Source of the DNA: Vulcanimicrobiota bacterium
GTDB lineage: Bacteria > Vulcanimicrobiota > Vulcanimicrobiia > Vulcanimicrobiales > Vulcanimicrobiaceae
Direction of reading: 5' to 3'
Length of the DNA stretch: 64,000 nucleotides
Assembly: GCA_963795855.1 (NCBI GenBank)
Contig: CAWCIZ010000003.1
Coordinates: forward strand, 832,001-896,000
Below, piece after piece: positions 33,679 through 43,876 of this stretch. The position numbers and the translations under genes are program-made. Within the stretch, counting starts at the first letter, position 1, and each line of letters begins with the position of its first letter. The notes beneath the pieces were generated by a model, which saw only the letters and a program-made list of their open reading frames with translations, was not told the origin of the DNA and ran no database searches.

Positions 33679-33996
33679 TTAGGGTTGTTGCGGATTCACT
33701 CCGTACGTTTCTTTGTACCATTGATCGAATTGCTCTTGAGTCGGATAGTAGCCGTATTTTTTGTAGTACCAGTCGCGGTATGCCGACTGCCGGCGCGCGA
33801 CTTCGTGCTGCTCCGCCCGTCTGTCTCGAACTTTGTGGTTGTAATTCGTAACGAAGATCCCGGCTGCGGTGCCGAACAGAATGATGTTGCGGGTACTCGC
33901 GGCTCCGTTTGCTAAAGCCGGTGGCGTCGCGGCGAGCCCGATAGCCGCGGCGAGCGCGGCGGCCAAAGCTCTCTGCTTCATAAACCGTCCTTTCAT
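33679..33996 (-). CDS. Small secreted hypothetical protein
   Basis: Signal peptide ending ALA; GGAG RBS. Confidence 0.75.
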   Translation of the reverse strand: MKGRFMKQRALAAALAAAIGLAATPPALANGAASTRNIILFGTAAGIFVTNYNHKVRDRRAEQHEVARRQSAYRDWYYKKYGYYPTQEQFDQWYKETYGVNPQQP

Positions 33997-34064
33997 CCGC
34001 TCTGACTCCTTCCCACAGAGAACGAAAAGGCAGGCTGGCGCGTTTCAAGGAATCCCTCTGCCCC

Positions 34065-34577
34065 GTGGAAGTTCAGAGCTATATACGAGCGATCCCGGAT
34101 TTTCCGATTCCCGGGATCCTTTTCCGTGACATTACCCCACTTCTCAAAGACAAGCAAGGATTCAAGGCCGCGATTGACTTGTTCGTCGACACGTACAAGG
34201 ATCGCCGAATCGATTACGTGGTCGGAATTGAAGCGCGCGGCTACATGCTGGGAGCCCCGCTGGCGTACTCGATCGGTGCCGGATTCGTGCCTGTTCGTAA
34301 ACCGGGCAAGCTTCCTTACAGTAAACTGAGCGAATCGTACGCGCTAGAATACGGAACCAATTCGCTGGAAATCCATGCGGACGCGCTGGGCAACGGCGAC
34401 CGGGTGCTCGTCGTCGACGATCTGCTGGCTACCGGCGGAACCGCCGCCGCGACGCGGCGGCTGTTGGAGCGGCTCGGCGCGAAGATCGAAGGCTTCGCCT
34501 TTCTGATCGAACTCGAGGCGCTCAAAGGGCGCGACGCTTTGAACGGCGTGGACGTTACAACGTTCATCACGTATTGA
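34065..34577 (+). CDS. apt: Adenine phosphoribosyltransferase
   Basis: IPDFPIPGILFRDITPLL, VRKPGKLP, LEYG, VDDLLATGGT. Confidence 0.97.
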   Translation: MEVQSYIRAIPDFPIPGILFRDITPLLKDKQGFKAAIDLFVDTYKDRRIDYVVGIEARGYMLGAPLAYSIGAGFVPVRKPGKLPYSKLSESYALEYGTNSLEIHADALGNGDRVLVVDDLLATGGTAAATRRLLERLGAKIEGFAFLIELEALKGRDALNGVDVTTFITY

Positions 34578-35044
34578 AATCCGGGAGCTGCTCTATGGGT
34601 TCGACCCGTTCCGCTTTGATTTTTGCAATCGTCATTGCCGTGACTGCCGGGGGGACGGTGGCCGCTCGCGCGCAAACTGCACCAGCCTCGCCGGCCGCCT
34701 CGTCGGAGCCATCGCCTCCGCCGCTGCCCTCGCCGCAGCCGGGGCCCGATACTCCGCAGCGCCATAAACTCGCGGTGCAGCAGTTTTTGGCGTGGCAGCA
34801 AGGCCAAATCGATCGGACGCTGTACGGCGACCAAGTGAACAGCGAACTCAGCGACGAGATGCTGGACCGGGGAACGAAAACGCTGGCGAACATGGGTGCC
34901 CTCCAAAGTGCCGTATTTTTGGGCACGGCACACGCCAAAGGGACCGACGTCTACGTATACAAGATGACGTGCGAGCACGGCTCGGTTAACATGGACTTTG
35001 CACTCGCGCCCGACGGAAAAATCTCCCTGATATTTTTCGAATAG
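34574..35044 (+). CDS. Secreted hypothetical protein
   Basis: Signal peptide, Pro-rich linker, small alpha/beta domain. Confidence 0.7.
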   Translation: MKSGSCSMGSTRSALIFAIVIAVTAGGTVAARAQTAPASPAASSEPSPPPLPSPQPGPDTPQRHKLAVQQFLAWQQGQIDRTLYGDQVNSELSDEMLDRGTKTLANMGALQSAVFLGTAHAKGTDVYVYKMTCEHGSVNMDFALAPDGKISLIFFE

Positions 35045-35080
35045 GCCAAACAAAATGGACGCGGCGGCTGCGCTTATGGC

Positions 35081-37264
35081 ATGATGGACGCAATACTCAT
35101 GACGATAGCGGAGCTGGTTCAGAAGGTTCGGACCTACGACCCGTCGCTCGACGGGTCGTGGCTTATGCGCGTGTACGATTTGGCGAATCGCGCGCACGAA
35201 GGGCAGCGCCGCGCCTCGGGCGAGTCGTACATTGAGCATCCGCTCGCCGTCGCAGGTATCCTGGCCGACCTCGAGATGGATCGGCAAACCGTGGCCGCCG
35301 CTCTGCTGCACGACGTCGTCGAAGACACGAGCATCACGACCGAACAAGTCGAGAGCGAATTCGGCGAGGAAATCGCCAATTTGGTGGACGGCGTCACCAA
35401 ACTGACGCGAATCCCGTATCAGTCGAAGGAAGAAGCGCAGGTCGAAAATCTGCGCAAGATGTTCATGGCGATGGCCAAGGACATCCGCGTCATCATCATC
35501 AAGCTCGCCGACCGTCTGCACAATATGCGCACGCTGGGCAGTCTTACCGCATCCAAACAAGTTGCGATCGCGCGCGAGACGCTCGACATCTATACGCCCA
35601 TCGCGCACCGCCTAGGCATCTGGAAGATCAAGTGGGAGATGGAGGATCTTTGTCTCCGTTACATCGATCCGGAAGGTTATCGCGAGATCGTCGAGCGCGT
35701 CGCCAAGACGCGTAAGGAACGCGAGAGCGGCGTCGACACCGTCATAAACCGGCTGAACGAAGAGTTCGAACAACTGGGCATCAAAGCCGAGGTTCACGGG
35801 CGGCCCAAGCACTTCTATTCGATTTACACGAAGATGAAGAAAGGCCGCGACTTTTCGACGATTTACGACTTGTCGGCGATTCGCGTCATCGTCGAGTCCG
35901 TCAAAGATTGTTACGCGGCGCTCGGAACGGTGCACGCTCTGTGGACGCCGCTTCCAGGGCGCTTCAAAGACTATATCGCGATGCCCAAGCCGAACATGTA
36001 CCAGTCGCTGCATACGACGGTCGTCGGCCCCGAAGGCGAACCGCTCGAGATTCAAATCCGCACGTGGGAGATGCATCGCACGAGCGAATACGGCATCGCG
36101 GCGCATTGGCGGTACAAAGAGGGCGGCAAGGCCGATCAGTTTGAGAACAAACTGTCTTGGCTGCGCGCGCTGCTCGAATGGCAGAAAGACATGCGTGACT
36201 CGCGCGTGTTCATGGAGAACCTCAAACTCGATCTGTTCGATTCGCAGGTCTTCATTTTTTCGCCGCGCGGCGACGTGTTCAGCATGCCGGCCGGCGGCAC
36301 GCCGCTCGATTTTGCATACAACGTGCACACCGACGTCGGCAATCACTGCGTCGGGGCGCGCGTCAACGGCCGCATCGTGCCGCTCGACCATACGCTGCAG
36401 AACGGCGACATATGCGAGATTCTCGTCAACAAATCCAGCGGGCATCCGTCGCTCGATTGGCTTTCGGTCGTCAAGACCAGCAGCGCCAAACATAAAATCA
36501 AGCAGTGGTTCCGTAAGGAACGCCGCGAAGAAAACGTGCTGGCCGGGCAGGAGGCCATCGAAAAGGAACTGGCGCGCCAGCATATCTCACTTGGCACTCT
36601 GAGCGGCGAAATCATCGAACGCATCGCGAAGCGCTTGAATTACGCGACGCCGACGGATCTTTTCGCCGCCGTCGGGTTCGGCGACGCGTCGGGCGCCTCC
36701 GTGGCCAACCGCATCAAGGACGAACTCAAGAGCGACAACGTCGTCGCGTTTCAAGCGATTACGCGTCCACCGTCGGTTTCACGCCGCGTCGCGCGAAAGA
36801 CCAGCGGCATTCGGATTGCCGGCGTGGACGACGTGCTCGTGCGGTTGTCGAAATGCTGCAGCCCGGTGCCGGGCGACCCGATCATCGGGTACGTCACGAT
36901 CGGAAAAGGCGTCTCGGTGCATCGCGCCGACTGCCCGAACGTCGCGTACATGACCGCGACGCCGGAGCGCATGCTGGAAGCCAGTTGGGTCGGCAAGACG
37001 GAGTTTACGCACGCCGTCGACATCGAGATGGAGGCGCTGGACCGGCCGCAATTGCTGCAAGACGCGATGGCGGTGTTCGCGGAACTGAAGACGCAGGTGA
37101 GTTCCGTTACGGCGCGCGTCAAGCGCGATCGTCACGCGTTAGTGAGCCTAACGGTGCAAATTCGCGACCTCGATCACCTGCACCAAATTCTGCGCAAACT
37201 CGAAACGCTCAAGGACGTGCGCCGCGTCTACCGCGTGACCAAACGCGAGGCGAAATCTTCGTAG
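35081..37264 (+). CDS. relA: Bifunctional (p)ppGpp synthetase/hydrolase
   Basis: LHDVVEDT (HD), KLADRLHNMRTL, GRPKH, YQSLHT, TGS, CC zinc finger, ACT. Confidence 0.97.
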   Translation: MMDAILMTIAELVQKVRTYDPSLDGSWLMRVYDLANRAHEGQRRASGESYIEHPLAVAGILADLEMDRQTVAAALLHDVVEDTSITTEQVESEFGEEIANLVDGVTKLTRIPYQSKEEAQVENLRKMFMAMAKDIRVIIIKLADRLHNMRTLGSLTASKQVAIARETLDIYTPIAHRLGIWKIKWEMEDLCLRYIDPEGYREIVERVAKTRKERESGVDTVINRLNEEFEQLGIKAEVHGRPKHFYSIYTKMKKGRDFSTIYDLSAIRVIVESVKDCYAALGTVHALWTPLPGRFKDYIAMPKPNMYQSLHTTVVGPEGEPLEIQIRTWEMHRTSEYGIAAHWRYKEGGKADQFENKLSWLRALLEWQKDMRDSRVFMENLKLDLFDSQVFIFSPRGDVFSMPAGGTPLDFAYNVHTDVGNHCVGARVNGRIVPLDHTLQNGDICEILVNKSSGHPSLDWLSVVKTSSAKHKIKQWFRKERREENVLAGQEAIEKELARQHISLGTLSGEIIERIAKRLNYATPTDLFAAVGFGDASGASVANRIKDELKSDNVVAFQAITRPPSVSRRVARKTSGIRIAGVDDVLVRLSKCCSPVPGDPIIGYVTIGKGVSVHRADCPNVAYMTATPERMLEASWVGKTEFTHAVDIEMEALDRPQLLQDAMAVFAELKTQVSSVTARVKRDRHALVSLTVQIRDLDHLHQILRKLETLKDVRRVYRVTKREAKSS

Positions 37265-37995
37265 ATCGCTGGCTTCTGCTGCTGGGAGCCGCTTTCGTCG
37301 GCGGCGGAATCAACAGCGTTGCGGGCGGCGGAAGTTTCCTGACATTTCCCGCTCTGCTCGTTGCCGGAGTTCCGGCGATTCCGGCAAACGCCACGAACAA
37401 TGCCGCGATGTGGCTAGGCGTGCTCGCCAGCGCGCGCGGCTATCGCGAAGAAATACGAACCTATCGCTCGCAGATCGGTCCGGCGATTGCCGTGAGTTTG
37501 TTCGGTGCGGCAGGCGGAGCCGTGCTGCTGTTGCACACGCCGCCGAAGATCTTTGAGCGAATGATTCCGTGGCTGCTGCTGTTCGCGACGCTCATTTTCG
37601 CGGTGAGCCCGGTCATTACGCGTTCCCGGAAGCCCAAGAACGTGCATTCGCCGTGGCAGCTCGCCGCTCAATTTTTCGTCGCGTTGTACGGCGGCTATTT
37701 CGGTGCGGGCATGGGCATCATGATGCTCGCGATCCTCACGTTTTCCGCGCTGCCCGACATGAACGCGATGAACGGCGTGAAAAATTTGCTTTCGATCACG
37801 ATCAACGGCATCGCGTGCGTGCCGTTCGTCATTGCCGGCGTCATCGACTGGCGCATCGCATTGCCGATGGCGCTCTTTTCGATGGCCGGCGGTTATTTCG
37901 GCGCGCGTTTTTTCCGCCGCGTGCCTTCGCATATCACGCGCATCATCGTGCTGGCGATCGGCGCCGCGATGAGCGCCTACTTTTTTGTGCGCTAG
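37261..37995 (+). CDS. TauE/SafE-family sulfite exporter
   Basis: GGINSVAGGGSFLTFPAL, ANATN, YGGYFGAGMG; start uncertain. Confidence 0.88.
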   Translation, partial: VDRWLLLLGAAFVGGGINSVAGGGSFLTFPALLVAGVPAIPANATNNAAMWLGVLASARGYREEIRTYRSQIGPAIAVSLFGAAGGAVLLLHTPPKIFERMIPWLLLFATLIFAVSPVITRSRKPKNVHSPWQLAAQFFVALYGGYFGAGMGIMMLAILTFSALPDMNAMNGVKNLLSITINGIACVPFVIAGVIDWRIALPMALFSMAGGYFGARFFRRVPSHITRIIVLAIGAAMSAYFFVR

Positions 37996-38004
37996 GAAGC
38001 GCTC

Positions 38005-41000
38005 TTAGTGCGTCGGCGCGGGAACCGAGACCGGTTCGACTCCGTGTGCTTGGCCGTTTTGTCCGCGCTTCTCACGGCGACGCTGCACCCACGGCTCGAC
38101 CTTGTTCGAGGCCCAAAGATAGAGCGTCGGAATGACGATCAGCGAGAGCATCGTGGAGCAGAGGAGGCCGCCGATCACGACGGTTCCAAGCGGCGCTTGC
38201 GTTTCGCTTCCCGCCTCGATGCCGGCCGCGATCGGGAACATGCCGCCGACGGTTGCAAGCGTCGTCATCAAAATAGGGCGTAGACGAAGGGGGGCCGCGT
38301 GCAGCACCGCTTCACGCGCGGAAAGTCCGCGCCTGCGCAGTTGATTCGTGAATTCGACGACCAGAATCGCGTTCTTCACGACGATACCTACGAGCATCAG
38401 TAACCCGATGAACGCGGTCAAGCCGAACGAACGCTGCGTTATCAGGAGCGCGAGCACCACGCCCGCGAGCGAGAGCGGCACCGACATCATGATGATGACC
38501 GGGTGCAGCAGCGATTCGAACTGCGAGGCCAGCAGCATGTATATCAACAGCACTGCCAGGATGACGATCATGCCGAGGCTGCTGAACGTTTGGCTCTGCT
38601 GCGTGACCGACTGGCCGAACTGCCAGTAGTAACCCGCCGGAAGCGTCGTAGTGTTCATGATCTGCGTTGCCGCCTGCACCGCGTTGCCGAGCGAGGTATT
38701 CGTCAAGTCCGCGTTGATGTCGATCTCGCGCTGTTTGTTCTGACGTGTGATTTGCGAGGGACCGACGCCGGTTGAAATCGACGCGACTTCACTGAGCGGC
38801 AGCGTGGGCAGCGAATAGGATTGGCCGGGCGTTGCCGTGGAGGTGCTCGTCAGAGCGGAGCTGCCGGAGCTGCCTCCCGAGGCGCCCGAGGTGCCGGACG
38901 ATCCGACCGCACCCGATCCCACGCTCGCCGTAACCGGAATCTGCAGATTTTCGATCGTCGCTAGAGAGCGGCGTTGATCCGAAGGCAGCTGCACGATGAT
39001 GGGATATTCCGTGCCGTTGATTTGCATGAACGAAGCCGTGCTGCCGCTCGTCGCGGTATCGATCGTCTGCGCGATGGATTGCGTCGAAAGACCTAACTGC
39101 GCGGCCAGGGATCGATCCACGGAAATATTCAGCAGCGGCTGCGACGGCGTAATGCCGGTGTCCGGACGCGTGAGGCCCGGCACCTGCGCGAGGCGCGGAA
39201 TGATTTGATTCTGCGCGATGTTGTAGAGCGTCGTCATGTCGGGGCCGTAAACTTGCATATCCAGCGCGTTTTGGCCGCGCGAGATGATCTGCGACACGAT
39301 ATCGATCGGATGGCCGAACGCTGCCAAGCCCGGAATGGGCGGCCCGAAGATTTTGCGCATTGCAGCGAATTTCGGGTTCGGTTTTGCACGCGCCGCTGCG
39401 CTGCCGCGGCGGCCGCCGAACGAACCGTTCAGTGCACCTTGCCACTGCGTAACGAACTGCGCGGCGCCCGAACTCGAGATGTTCGGCTGAAGCGTGATCG
39501 CCATACTGGCGATGTTGGACACCGACGTGGAAACCAGATAGCCTTGGCTGCCTACTTGCGATCCGACGTCGAGTACGCGCGGGTCTCTACGCATCCGATT
39601 CTCGACGTCCTGCGCGACTTTGTTCATGACGTTCAGCGCGGTACCGTTCGGCATGCGCAAATTGAATCTCACGTAGCGCGAATTCGTCGCCGGGAACATT
39701 TCGGTCGAGACCGCACCGAGCCGCAACGCCAGCAGCGTAGCGACGAGAACGATGGCGGCGCCCGCGAAGATTTGAAGCGGATGGTCGACTGACCACTCCA
39801 GGCGCCGGCGATACCAGCCCGCGAACCGCTCGTAGCCCTTGTCGAACTTCGCGACGAACCGCGCGTATGCGCCTTTGTGATGACCATTCGTATGCGGCTT
39901 CTCATCGTGCAAGAGCAGCGTCGAGAGCATCGGAACCGTCGTCAGCGCCACCAACAGTGAGATCGCCACTGCAACCATGACCATCATGGCGAACGGTTTG
40001 AAGATGAGGCCTTGCAAGCCCGGGATCAGCAGCAGCGGCACGAACACCGTGATGACCGTAATCGAAGAGGCAAGCACGGCGGTGAAAATTTCCGTTACCG
40101 CGCTTTCGGCCGCTTCCTTCACATGCTGCCCGCGCGACATGTGCCGGTAAATGTTTTCGATGACCACGATTGCATCGTCGACAATCAGGCCGACGGCCAG
40201 CGCCAACCCTCCGAGCGTCATCGTGTTCAGCGAATAGCCGAACATGTACGCGGCAAAGAGCGTTCCCATCACGGAGATGGGCAGTGATATCGCGACGATG
40301 AGCGTCGAGCGCCATGAGTGCAAGAACAGCAGAATGACCAGAATCGCGAGCGCCGCGCCGTAGAGAGCCGTGTGCTCGAGCGCGGTAACGGCTTGCGTGA
40401 TGAACCCGCGCTGATCGAAGACCACCGCCATTTTCATGCCGGGGTAGCGCTGTTCGATCTGTTTGATCTTGGCGTAGACGCCGTTTGCCGTCTGCACGAC
40501 GTTGGCATTGGGCTGCGCGATAATCGACACGCCAAGTGCGGGCACGCCGTTCAAGCGCTGAAAACTGCGCTGCTCTTGTATCGAATCGGAGACGCTGGCT
40601 ACGTCCTTCAGAAAAACCGGTGCTCCGTTTTTCGTCGTGACGACTATGTTGCCGACTTGCTGCGCGTTCTGGAAGAGTTCGTTTGCCTGGATCTGATATT
40701 CGTTGTTGGCGATCTGAACGATGCCGGCGGGCAAATTCAAGTTTTCTTGCCCGACGCGTGAAACGATTTGGCTGAGCGTGAGGCCGTAACCCGACATCGC
40801 GTTGATGTTCGGCTGAATCATGATCGCGCGGACTTGGTCGTTGCTTATGCCGACCGATGCGACGCCGTTTACGCTGGAAAACTCGTCCGACAGCGTATTC
40901 GTCCACAAGTCGCCGAGATTGCGCAGCGTCATGTTCGCATCGGTCGCATAGACGCGCACGACCGGCAACTGATTCGGATCGAATTTATTGATCGTCGGCT

Positions 41001-41379
41001 GGGAAAGATTCGGATCGTTCGGCAGGCTGCTCCAAATGCGGGAAACCTGCTCCTGCACGTCGACTGCGGCCGTGTCGATATTCGTGCCGTAGTAGAACTG
41101 TGCGCTAACTTCGCTCGTGCCTTCCGACGAGGTCGAGTTGATTTGCTGAATGCCCTGCACGCGGCTGACCGCGTTTTCGATGGGCCGCGTTATCAGCGTT
41201 TCCATCTGCTGCGGTGCCACGTTCGTGTAGTTCACGGCGACGGTGACGACCGGCGGGCTGAAACTCGGCAAGAGATCGACCGGTAACCGGGGGAAAGCGA
41301 AAAGGCCGAGCACGATAATCGCGGTTGCGATCATCGCCACGGTGACGCGACGCGTTACGGCAAAACGGGCAATCGGCAT
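38005..41379 (-). CDS. AcrB/AcrD/AcrF-family RND permease
   Basis: GLIVDDAIVVIENIYRH, GIVVKNAILVVEF, RLRPILMTT. Confidence 0.95.
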   Translation of the reverse strand: MPIARFAVTRRVTVAMIATAIIVLGLFAFPRLPVDLLPSFSPPVVTVAVNYTNVAPQQMETLITRPIENAVSRVQGIQQINSTSSEGTSEVSAQFYYGTNIDTAAVDVQEQVSRIWSSLPNDPNLSQPTINKFDPNQLPVVRVYATDANMTLRNLGDLWTNTLSDEFSSVNGVASVGISNDQVRAIMIQPNINAMSGYGLTLSQIVSRVGQENLNLPAGIVQIANNEYQIQANELFQNAQQVGNIVVTTKNGAPVFLKDVASVSDSIQEQRSFQRLNGVPALGVSIIAQPNANVVQTANGVYAKIKQIEQRYPGMKMAVVFDQRGFITQAVTALEHTALYGAALAILVILLFLHSWRSTLIVAISLPISVMGTLFAAYMFGYSLNTMTLGGLALAVGLIVDDAIVVIENIYRHMSRGQHVKEAAESAVTEIFTAVLASSITVITVFVPLLLIPGLQGLIFKPFAMMVMVAVAISLLVALTTVPMLSTLLLHDEKPHTNGHHKGAYARFVAKFDKGYERFAGWYRRRLEWSVDHPLQIFAGAAIVLVATLLALRLGAVSTEMFPATNSRYVRFNLRMPNGTALNVMNKVAQDVENRMRRDPRVLDVGSQVGSQGYLVSTSVSNIASMAITLQPNISSSGAAQFVTQWQGALNGSFGGRRGSAAARAKPNPKFAAMRKIFGPPIPGLAAFGHPIDIVSQIISRGQNALDMQVYGPDMTTLYNIAQNQIIPRLAQVPGLTRPDTGITPSQPLLNISVDRSLAAQLGLSTQSIAQTIDTATSGSTASFMQINGTEYPIIVQLPSDQRRSLATIENLQIPVTASVGSGAVGSSGTSGASGGSSGSSALTSTSTATPGQSYSLPTLPLSEVASISTGVGPSQITRQNKQREIDINADLTNTSLGNAVQAATQIMNTTTLPAGYYWQFGQSVTQQSQTFSSLGMIVILAVLLIYMLLASQFESLLHPVIIMMSVPLSLAGVVLALLITQRSFGLTAFIGLLMLVGIVVKNAILVVEFTNQLRRRGLSAREAVLHAAPLRLRPILMTTLATVGGMFPIAAGIEAGSETQAPLGTVVIGGLLCSTMLSLIVIPTLYLWASNKVEPWVQRRREKRGQNGQAHGVEPVSVPAPTH

Positions 41380-41497
41380 GAAGTGGAGTTGTAATCTCTT
41401 TCCAGACCCGGGTTGTTCAAACCATCCCATGCGCTGTTTAGAGAGAGCTGAGAGGCCACTGTCAGCGACCTGGCACGCGTGGGTGCGTGCCGCGTGC

Positions 41498-41526
41498 TTG
41501 CCCACGCCGTGACCCCATGATATACT
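41498..41526 (+). promoter_or_regulatory. Sigma70-type promoter of rpsF-ssb
   Basis: TTGCCC-N17-TATACT. Confidence 0.65.
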
Positions 41527-41614
41527 CGGCCGGTCCCGGCGATGCCGGGTCATTTCCACTCTGCCCGCCGCTCCCGGTGGGCCGCCCCCCACGGGGTGTC
41601 CGCAGAGGGCTATC

Positions 41615-41953
41615 ATGGCTGTAGACTACGAAGTCACTTATATTTTGCGTCCCAATCTCGAGGAAGCCGAGGTCGCGGAGCGCAGCAACGGAATCGCCGA
41701 GCAGCTCAAGGGTAATGGCGGCGAGATTCTCAGCAGCGAACTGGTGGGCAAGAAGCGCCTGGCGTACGAAATCAACGACGTGCGCGAGGGCATCTACACC
41801 GTGATGCGGTTCCGCAGCACCACCGAGGCGGCGCACGAGCTGGAGCGCCAGCTCGGCCTGAACGAAGATGTGATGCGCGCCCTGCTCATCAAACTCGACA
41901 AGCACGCCTTGGCCGCCGAAAAAGCGGCACCGCCGGCGCCGCCTACGGCCTAA
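41615..41953 (+). CDS. rpsF: 30S ribosomal protein S6
   Basis: YEVTYILRP, GKKRLAYEI, EGIY. Confidence 0.96.
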   Translation: MAVDYEVTYILRPNLEEAEVAERSNGIAEQLKGNGGEILSSELVGKKRLAYEINDVREGIYTVMRFRSTTEAAHELERQLGLNEDVMRALLIKLDKHALAAEKAAPPAPPTA

Positions 41954-42039
41954 ACGTCCAGAAATGCCAAGCCTATGGCATAGCGGCACGCTAGCCTTGG
42001 GCTGACCCGCACACCGAAGTTCAGAAAGAGTAGTGCACT

Positions 42040-42465
42040 ATGGCGGCTTCTTTTAACAAGGTCATATTGGTCGGCAACGTCGTCCGCGATCCGGAGATCC
42101 GGTACGTCGGCTCGGGCGCGGGCGTCACCAAGTTTTCGATCGCGGTCAATCCCAACAAGCGCGACGCAAAGCCCGAAGACACGCTCTTCGTCGACATCGT
42201 CGCGTGGGAGAAGCTGGCCGAGACTTGCAACACGTACCTGAAGAAGGGTTCCAACGTGCTGGTCGAGGGCCGCCTCGTGATTCGATCGTACGACGACAAA
42301 GAAGGCAACAAGCGCAAAGCGACGGAGGTCGTCATCAATACGATGCAGATGCTCGGCTCGCCGCGCGACCGTCAAGACGGCGGCGGCAGTGAATCATTTG
42401 CCGGCGCGGCAGTCGGCGGCGGCGGCCGCGTGGACGACGGATTAGACGAGGAGATTCCGTTTTAG
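42040..42465 (+). CDS. ssb: Single-stranded DNA-binding protein
   Basis: NKVILVGNVVRDPEIRY, C-terminal EEIPF. Confidence 0.97.
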   Translation: MAASFNKVILVGNVVRDPEIRYVGSGAGVTKFSIAVNPNKRDAKPEDTLFVDIVAWEKLAETCNTYLKKGSNVLVEGRLVIRSYDDKEGNKRKATEVVINTMQMLGSPRDRQDGGGSESFAGAAVGGGGRVDDGLDEEIPF

Positions 42466-42538
42466 GACCTCGTAATTCTGTCAATGTCAAGATAGACCGG
42501 CAAGAACGCCAATTCTATCTGCCTATACAGGGCTTTTC

Positions 42539-42571
42539 GAAGGCTCGGTCATTTTTGACCGGGCCTTTTTC
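42539..42571 (+). terminator. Rho-independent terminator-like hairpin
   Basis: AAGGCTCGGTC-ATTTTT-GACCGGGCCTT followed by T run. Confidence 0.55.
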
Positions 42572-42583
42572 TATGCCAGCCCT

Positions 42584-43876
42584 ATGTCACTCGGATGGCG
42601 CATTATCGTCAAGATGACAGCGTTATCACGCTCAAAATCGTGCTCGTCTAAGCGTCGACCGTCGTTTCAGCCGTCGGATCTTTACAAAATCCGCGTTTCG
42701 GTTGCCGCAACGGGCGAGCATATTCCTTTGCTCGTTGACGCGCAGACCGGCCTTCCGATCGTGCGACCGAATCAGTTTGTGTTAGTGGTACGGCGGGACC
42801 GATGTCAAGTAGCGACCCTGAAAACTGATCTTGCCGCGCTTTCCGTTGTGCTGGCTTGGGCGAAGAGCGTCGCGTTGGATCTACACGATCTTTTCGATCG
42901 AGGAGCGGGCTTGGAGCAAGCACAGCTGGTCGCGCTGGTTGAGGCACTTCGGAGCGATTACCGCAAGCAGTCACAGTCGAAGATTGTGCCACTGCACCGC
43001 GGACTTGTTTCCGCAGGTGTTTGGGCAAACCGTATCGCCACCGCACGCGATTATGTCGCGTGGAACCTTGGCAACACGCTTGCAAAATGTGAGCCGGGAA
43101 CGCTGCGTTATCAGCACATTCGCGAACGCCGCGAAGAGTTGATTAGGGCGTTCGAGGGGCGCATGCCACGCGTTCGCACGAGTTCTGGCCGCAAGGGCTT
43201 AGATGCAGTGCTGAAGGCGAGACTTTTTGTAGTGACTCGGCCCGATGCCGTGGAGAATCCGTTTCAGACCACCGTGCGAGAGCGTAATGCGCTCATCATG
43301 GACGTTTTGCAAATGCTCGGCCTTCGGAGAGCCGAGTTACTGAAACTGCGGACGGCGCATTTTAGACCTGGTCCGAAACCTGCGCTCTTTGTCGAACGCC
43401 GCCCCGACGATCCGGACGATCCGCGGTTAGACCAACCGCAGGTAAAGACGCGAGATCGGCAACTTCCGCTGGACCCGGCTCTCGCAGAACGAATCCATCG
43501 TTATATCACCGTGGAGCGACAACGTATTCCTAATGCGAAGCGATCGCCATTCCTGTTCTTGTCGCGTTCGGGCAAGCCGCTTTCGCTGGCCGGTGTAAAT
43601 AAGATTTTCGAGCAAATCTGCAAGTGGCACGGTGAGTTCAAGGGGCAACTATCGCCGCACGTTCTTCGCCACACCGCGAACGACGATCTTTCGGTCACCC
43701 TTGAAGAGGCCGGCTGCGATGCCGAGGCTGCGAGGGCCGTACGCAATTACCTCAACGGTTGGGAGCCGAATAGCGCGCAGTCGTCAACCTATACTCGCCG
43801 GTTCGTTGAAGGAAGGGCGCAAGAGATTTCTTTGGCGCACCAGCGCCGGATCTTCACGAAGGTCGGTGAACAATGA
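42584..43876 (+). CDS. Tyrosine recombinase 1 of island 2
   Basis: LGLRRAELLKL, VKT, SPHVLRHTAND, NGW...STY. Confidence 0.9.
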   Translation: MSLGWRIIVKMTALSRSKSCSSKRRPSFQPSDLYKIRVSVAATGEHIPLLVDAQTGLPIVRPNQFVLVVRRDRCQVATLKTDLAALSVVLAWAKSVALDLHDLFDRGAGLEQAQLVALVEALRSDYRKQSQSKIVPLHRGLVSAGVWANRIATARDYVAWNLGNTLAKCEPGTLRYQHIRERREELIRAFEGRMPRVRTSSGRKGLDAVLKARLFVVTRPDAVENPFQTTVRERNALIMDVLQMLGLRRAELLKLRTAHFRPGPKPALFVERRPDDPDDPRLDQPQVKTRDRQLPLDPALAERIHRYITVERQRIPNAKRSPFLFLSRSGKPLSLAGVNKIFEQICKWHGEFKGQLSPHVLRHTANDDLSVTLEEAGCDAEAARAVRNYLNGWEPNSAQSSTYTRRFVEGRAQEISLAHQRRIFTKVGEQ

